Assembly (NCBI GenBank): GCA_043228905.1
Contig: JBHGNT010000009.1
Coordinates: forward strand, 6,014,001 to 6,078,000
Direction: 5' to 3'
DNA from: Azolla caroliniana
Lineage: Eukaryota; Plantae; Polypodiophyta
DNA: 64,000 bases
Shown: positions 58,957 through 64,000 of the stretch, in pieces
Numbering within the stretch: position 1 is the stretch's first letter
Layout: each line of letters starts with the position of its first letter
Translations under genes and position numbers: made by a program
Notes under the pieces: generated by a model
What the model was told of the DNA's origin: nothing
The model's input: only the letters and a program-made list of their open reading frames with translations
Database searches by the model: none

Positions 58957-59570
58957 TGTTGGGATTACGGTCCCTTCGGATGGGATGGTCGGATGTCGGA
59001 GATGAATGCCGACAAGCCCGGTTTCGGTTTCGGAACCGGATGATGAAGACCCCGACTTCGGAGCCGGATGACGAATGTACCCGGAGAGAGATCCGGATGC
59101 AGGGACATATCCGTGAATATGTCTGCTAAGGGCCCCTGAGGCTATAGTTGTAAATAGCCCCAAAGTCATATATGTATAAATATGACTTAGGGCAAATAGT
59201 TTTAGTGTTGCTAATCATTTTTCTGTTTTTCCACTCAAGAGGAGTGAAGAGGGAGCAACCGTGAGAGAGAGAGAGAGAGATAGAGCGTGAGAGAGGAAGA
59301 GGACGACGCCTCTTTGTATTTCCGCCTCCTGTGGCGAGGACAGCGAGCTCAAGGTCGTCGCCTTGCAGCTCGCCATTGTATACTTCTCTGTATAGTGTTG
59401 GTTTGGAGTCTTGTACTCCCGTGGTTTTTCCCGTCTAGGGTTTTCCACATTAATCCCTGTGTGTTCGCGTTTTTGTTTCTCTTTGTGGTTCCTATTTTCT
59501 GCTCCATTGATTCGCGCTTACTCGGTTGTGGCCGAGCGGTGAAGGTGAATCGAAGCGTTGATTTACAACA
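58957..59570 (+). repeat. Element F 5' LTR
   Basis: TGTTGGG...ACAACA, repeated from 63688. Confidence 0.95.
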
Positions 59571-59600
59571 AACTGGTATCAGAGCGAACTGCTGCAGAAA

Positions 59601-62600
59601 ATGGAAGGCGGCGGCAGCGGGCAGCCGGGGATGATGGTGCTGAATGCGCAGAATTACGCCGACTGGAAGATCAAGATGGAGGATCTTCTGATTGTTCGGG
59701 ACCTGTACGAACCGATTGACAGGTCGGAAATACCGAAGGGGGTACTTGAGTCGGAATGGAGGCTTCTGAACCGGAAAGCCGTTGCAACCATTCGGCAATA
59801 CGTAGACGTGAGCGTTCTACAACATGTGGCGAACGACACCAACGCATATGAGATGTGGCGGAAGCTGTCGGGCCTCTACGAGAGGAAGAATGCGTTGAAT
59901 CGGACCTCCCTGATGAGGAAGATAGTGAATCTCAAGTACCGGGATGGCGAGAGTATGGTGGAACACGTAAGCACGTTCATGGGATTCGTGAATCAGCTTG
60001 CGGCGATCAAGTTCCCGTTGGAGGATGCGATGCAAGCCATCATCCTGATGTGTACATTGCCGGAAAGCTGGGAGAACTTGGTGGTGACTCTCAGCACCTC
60101 CTGCACAGAAGATAACTTGTCCTTGCAAACGGTAAAGACAAGTATTTTGAACGAAGAAGCGCGTCGGAGAGATAAAGAACCGGCCTCCGACCCGAAGGCG
60201 CTGCTTACCGAATCGGATCGGGGAAGACAATGGAACCGGAGTCCGCAAAGACGGGAGAAGTCGGGGACCCGGTCGCAGTCAAGAGGAAGGCCCACATGCT
60301 TCCACTGTGGGAAACCGGGGCACTTCCGAAAGAATTGTCGGCACTACCGAAAAGACAACGGAGCCGACGACACCGATTCGAAGAAGTCACCGGAGAGAAA
60401 CGGTGCATACCGGGGAGCCACGGACCGGAGAGGTTCGGATCGGCGAGGGCAGGACCGGAAAGGAACAACGGCACTCGCGGCAAGTGAGGAAGAAATCATG
60501 CTCATCACCGAAGAAGGTGAACTAAACGTTGCCGACGATGAGACGACCTGGGTGGTCGATTCCGGAGCATCGTTCCACCTGACCCCGGAGAGAAGATACT
60601 TCTCATCCTACACAGCCGGTGAGCATGGCTGTGTTCGGATGGGAAATGAAGGTACGTGCCGGATTGCCGGCATCGGAGACGTGTGGTTGACAACCCCGAC
60701 CGGATGCAAAATGCTGCTGAAGGATGTCCGACACGTTCCGGAGGTTCGATTGAACCTGATTTCGGCCGGGAGGCTAGACGATGAAGGCTACACAGGTAGC
60801 ATCCGGAACGGCGTAATGAAGTTCAGCAAGGGGAGCCTGATAGTGGCTCGGGCTCGGAAAGTCAACACACTGTACCTGATGAATGCCCGGTTATGTCCGG
60901 AAGAGCTGAACGTGGCAGCCGACACTGCCGGTGAGCTGTGGCACAAGAGACTGTGCCACATGAGTGAGAAGGGGATGAAGAGGCTTGCAGAAGACAACCT
61001 CATTCCAGTGAAGCATGTGCACCTGGAGAAGTGCACCGATTGCCTGGCCGGTAAGCAGAACCGAGCCTCCTTCCACTCAAGGCCACCGACGAGACGTAGC
61101 GCACCAGTGGAGTTGGTGCACACTGATGTGTGTCAGGTAGAAACGAAGTCACATGGCAGAGCCCAGTACTTCGTAACATTCATTGATGATTACAGTCGGA
61201 AGCTGTGGACGGCACCGTTGAAGACAAAGGACCAAGTGTTGTGCGTCTTCAAAGAACTTCACGCGAGAGTGGAAAGGGAATCCGGCAAGAAGCTGAAGGC
61301 GATACGAGCGGATAACGGAGGGGAATACCGGGGGCAGTTCCAGGAGTACTGTCGCACGAAGGGAATCCGGCTCGAGTTTACTGTGCCGAAGACGCCGGAA
61401 CTGAACGGGCTGGCCGAGAGGATGAACCGGACCATAATGGAGAGGGTCCGGAGTATGCTGGCGCATGCGAAATTACCCAAGGGGTTTTGGGCTGAGGCAA
61501 TGTCGACGGCGACATATGTGATAAATAGATCACCCTCAGTACCTTTGGACGGAGACACGCCGCAGAAAGTGTGGACCGGTAAGGAAGTGTCCTACCGGCA
61601 TCTGAAGGTGTTCGGGTGTCTCGCATACGTGCATGTGGCAAAGGACCGGAGAGGAAAGTTAGATCCAAAGACCCGGCCATGCATATTCCTCGGTTACGGC
61701 GACGACGAGTTCGGCTACCGAGTATGGGACCCGGTCGACAAGAAGATATTCAGGAGTCGAGACATCATCTTCATGGAGGACAAGACACTCGCCGACTGGG
61801 AGTCGGAGAAGAAGATGAAGAGCTCCAAGTCGACCGGTGAGGATCAACTCTACGAGGAGCAGTCCCGACCGGCAAGGGACCGGTTAGCACTCGAGGATCC
61901 GGCCGAAGACGGTGAAGAAACAGAACCGGCCGAAGAAGATGAAAATGATACCGGAACCGGCCCCGATCCCGAAATGGATTCGGATGAAGAAGAAGAATCG
62001 GAAGAACCGGTTACCGAAGCTCCCGAACGGAGATATCCTCTAAGAGAGAGGAGGGCCCCCCGGAGATTTCCGGATCCAGAGCACGTGCTGCTAACCGACG
62101 AGGGGGAGCCGGAGAGCTTTGAAGAAGCAAAGCACGACACCCAGAGCCGCAGGTGGTTGAGTGCCATGCAGGACGAGATGGATTCCCTGCATGAGAACCA
62201 CACATATGAACTTGTGGAGTTGCCGAAAGGAAAGCGGGCACTTCGAAACAAGTGGGTGTTCAAGCTGAAACCGGGAGATGCCGGAAACCCCCCGAGATAC
62301 AAAGCCAGGATCGTGGTGAAGGGGTTTCAGCAGAAGAAGGGCGTCGACTTCGACGAGATATTTGCCCCGGTAGTGAAGATGACCTCCATCCGGACGGTGC
62401 TGAGCATAGCGGCAAGCATGGATCTCGAGGTAGAACAGATGGACGTGAAGACGGCATTCCTTCACGGTGACCTCGATGAAGAGATCTACATGCAGCAACC
62501 GGAAGGATTCGAGAAGAAAGGGAAGGAGCACCTGGTATGCCGGTTGAAGAAGAGCCTTTACGGACTGAAGCAGGCTCCCCGGCAATGGTACCGGAAATTC

Positions 62601-63677
62601 GACTCCTTCATGACCGACGAAGGGTACCTCAAAACGCAGTCCGACCACTGCGTGTTTGTGAAGAAGTTCGAAGGAGGAGACTTCCTAATACTCCTCCTGT
62701 ACGTGGACGACATGTTGATCGTCGGACGGGACCAGGTCAAGATACGGATGCTGAAGAAGGCTCTTCACCGAACCTTCTCAATGAAGGACTTGGGTCCGGC
62801 GAGGCAAATACTAGGGATGCACATCATCCGGGACCGGAAGAAGAAGCAGTTGTGGCTGTCACAGGAGAAGTACGTGACGAAGGTGCTTCACCGGTTCAAC
62901 ATGTCGGAAGCAAGACCGGTCGGATCGACCCTCCCGGCAAACTGCAAGCTGTCCAACAAGCAAAGTCCCAAGACAAAGGCTGAAAAGGAGGATATGATGA
63001 AAGTGCCATATGCCTCAGCCGTCGGGAGCTTGATGTACGCCATGGTGTGTACGAGACCGGACATCGGATATGCAGTCGGAGTGGTGAGCCGGTACATGAG
63101 CAATCCCGGCAAAGAGCATTGGAACGCGACTAAGTGGATACTCCGATACCTGAAGGGCACGGCAAACGTGTGCCTCCGATTCGGCTCCGGTAAGCCCGAA
63201 CTCGACGGCTTTACCGATTCGGATATGTCGGCTGATGCTGATACCAGCCGGTCCACATCAGGGTATGTGATGACGTATGCAGGGGGAGTTGTTTCATGGC
63301 AGTCGAGGCTGCAGAAGACGGTTGCGTTGTCAACTACGGAGGCGGAGTACATGGCGGCTGTTGAAGCCGGCAAGGAAGTAATATGGATGAAGGACTTCAT
63401 TAGAGAGCTCGGTATCCGGCAGGAGGAGTACCGACTCTACTGTGACAGTCAGAGTGCAATCCACCTTGCGAAGAACGCGGCCTATCACTCCCGGACGAAG
63501 CACATCCAGCGAAGATATCACTGGATCCGGGAAAGGATAGAAGACAAGGAGTTCGTGCTGACGAAGATCCCCACGGACGAGAACGGGTCGGATATGCTGA
63601 CCAAGGTGCTCACACCCGACAAACTGGAGGCATGCCGGAAGAGGATCGGATTGGATAGACATCCCATGCCGAAGTGA
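59601..63677 (+). CDS. gag-pol: Ty1/copia Gag-Pol polyprotein (Gag, CCHC, PR, IN, RT, RNase H)
   Basis: CFHCGKPGHFRKNC, WVVDSGAS, HTDV..DNGGEY..NGLAER, YVDDML, DSD..CDSQSA..HSRTKHI; no stops. Confidence 0.96.
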   Translation: MEGGGSGQPGMMVLNAQNYADWKIKMEDLLIVRDLYEPIDRSEIPKGVLESEWRLLNRKAVATIRQYVDVSVLQHVANDTNAYEMWRKLSGLYERKNALNRTSLMRKIVNLKYRDGESMVEHVSTFMGFVNQLAAIKFPLEDAMQAIILMCTLPESWENLVVTLSTSCTEDNLSLQTVKTSILNEEARRRDKEPASDPKALLTESDRGRQWNRSPQRREKSGTRSQSRGRPTCFHCGKPGHFRKNCRHYRKDNGADDTDSKKSPERNGAYRGATDRRGSDRRGQDRKGTTALAASEEEIMLITEEGELNVADDETTWVVDSGASFHLTPERRYFSSYTAGEHGCVRMGNEGTCRIAGIGDVWLTTPTGCKMLLKDVRHVPEVRLNLISAGRLDDEGYTGSIRNGVMKFSKGSLIVARARKVNTLYLMNARLCPEELNVAADTAGELWHKRLCHMSEKGMKRLAEDNLIPVKHVHLEKCTDCLAGKQNRASFHSRPPTRRSAPVELVHTDVCQVETKSHGRAQYFVTFIDDYSRKLWTAPLKTKDQVLCVFKELHARVERESGKKLKAIRADNGGEYRGQFQEYCRTKGIRLEFTVPKTPELNGLAERMNRTIMERVRSMLAHAKLPKGFWAEAMSTATYVINRSPSVPLDGDTPQKVWTGKEVSYRHLKVFGCLAYVHVAKDRRGKLDPKTRPCIFLGYGDDEFGYRVWDPVDKKIFRSRDIIFMEDKTLADWESEKKMKSSKSTGEDQLYEEQSRPARDRLALEDPAEDGEETEPAEEDENDTGTGPDPEMDSDEEEESEEPVTEAPERRYPLRERRAPRRFPDPEHVLLTDEGEPESFEEAKHDTQSRRWLSAMQDEMDSLHENHTYELVELPKGKRALRNKWVFKLKPGDAGNPPRYKARIVVKGFQQKKGVDFDEIFAPVVKMTSIRTVLSIAASMDLEVEQMDVKTAFLHGDLDEEIYMQQPEGFEKKGKEHLVCRLKKSLYGLKQAPRQWYRKFDSFMTDEGYLKTQSDHCVFVKKFEGGDFLILLLYVDDMLIVGRDQVKIRMLKKALHRTFSMKDLGPARQILGMHIIRDRKKKQLWLSQEKYVTKVLHRFNMSEARPVGSTLPANCKLSNKQSPKTKAEKEDMMKVPYASAVGSLMYAMVCTRPDIGYAVGVVSRYMSNPGKEHWNATKWILRYLKGTANVCLRFGSGKPELDGFTDSDMSADADTSRSTSGYVMTYAGGVVSWQSRLQKTVALSTTEAEYMAAVEAGKEVIWMKDFIRELGIRQEEYRLYCDSQSAIHLAKNAAYHSRTKHIQRRYHWIRERIEDKEFVLTKIPTDENGSDMLTKVLTPDKLEACRKRIGLDRHPMPK

Positions 63678-63687
63678 AGGGGGAGTT

Positions 63688-64000
63688 TGTTGGGATTACG
63701 GTCCCTTCGGATGGGATGGTCGGATGTCGGAGATGAATGCCGACAAGCCCGGTTTCGGTTTCGGAACCGGATGATGAAGACCCCGACTTCGGAGCCGGAT
63801 GACGAATGTACCCGGAGAGAGATCCGGATGCAGGGACATATCCGTGAATATGTCTGCTAAGGGCCCCTGAGGCTATAGTTGTAAATAGCCCCAAAGTCAT
63901 ATATGTATAAATATGACTTAGGGCAAATAGTTTTAGTGTTGCTAATCATTTTTCTGTTTTTCCACTCAAGAGGAGTGAAGAGGGAGCAGCCGTGAGAGAG
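63688..64000 (+). repeat. Element F 3' LTR (partial)
   Basis: Matches 58957-59269 with one substitution seen. Confidence 0.95.

Larger units (their letters stand above)
58957..64000 (+). mobile_element. Element F: young intact Tnt1/Tork-like Ty1/copia; the 3' LTR runs past the window end
   Basis: 5' LTR at 58957-59570. PBS TGGTATCAGAGC at 59574-59585. Single 1358-aa ORF. PPT GAAGGGGGAG. 3' LTR from 63688. Confidence 0.96.

Overview
This is eukaryotic (land-plant) genomic DNA. The transposon types suggest a non-seed plant such as a fern, but that is low-confidence inference. The only host gene is an intact 5-exon GDSL/SGNH lipase-esterase on the minus strand (41702-51079, 376 aa, GT-AG junctions read by hand). 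Most of the rest is retroelement DNA. Positions 5322-35800 form a nested stack: a decayed Tnt1-like copia (E) appears to contain a copia (D); D's LTR contains a non-autonomous Gag + double-protease gypsy (A, 5368-25911); A contains a chromovirus (B, 10313-23220); and B's RT contains a young intact non-chromovirus gypsy (C, 13263-20510). There are also solo LTRs, four L1-like LINE pieces, several tandem arrays and a young intact copia (F, from 58957). Five signals stand out. (1) tRNA-like Pol III A/B-box cassettes sit antisense in the U3 of two unrelated gypsy LTRs, with a related free copy at 36405. (2) B has a Tf1-style self-priming site. (3) C has a Gag-PR | RT-RH-IN layout with a -1 frameshift pseudoknot that covaries in a second relic copy, plus a tRNA-Trp primer site and a 4-bp TSD. 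(4) A carries two tandem retropepsin domains and no RT. (5) C appears to avoid CAG/CTG.
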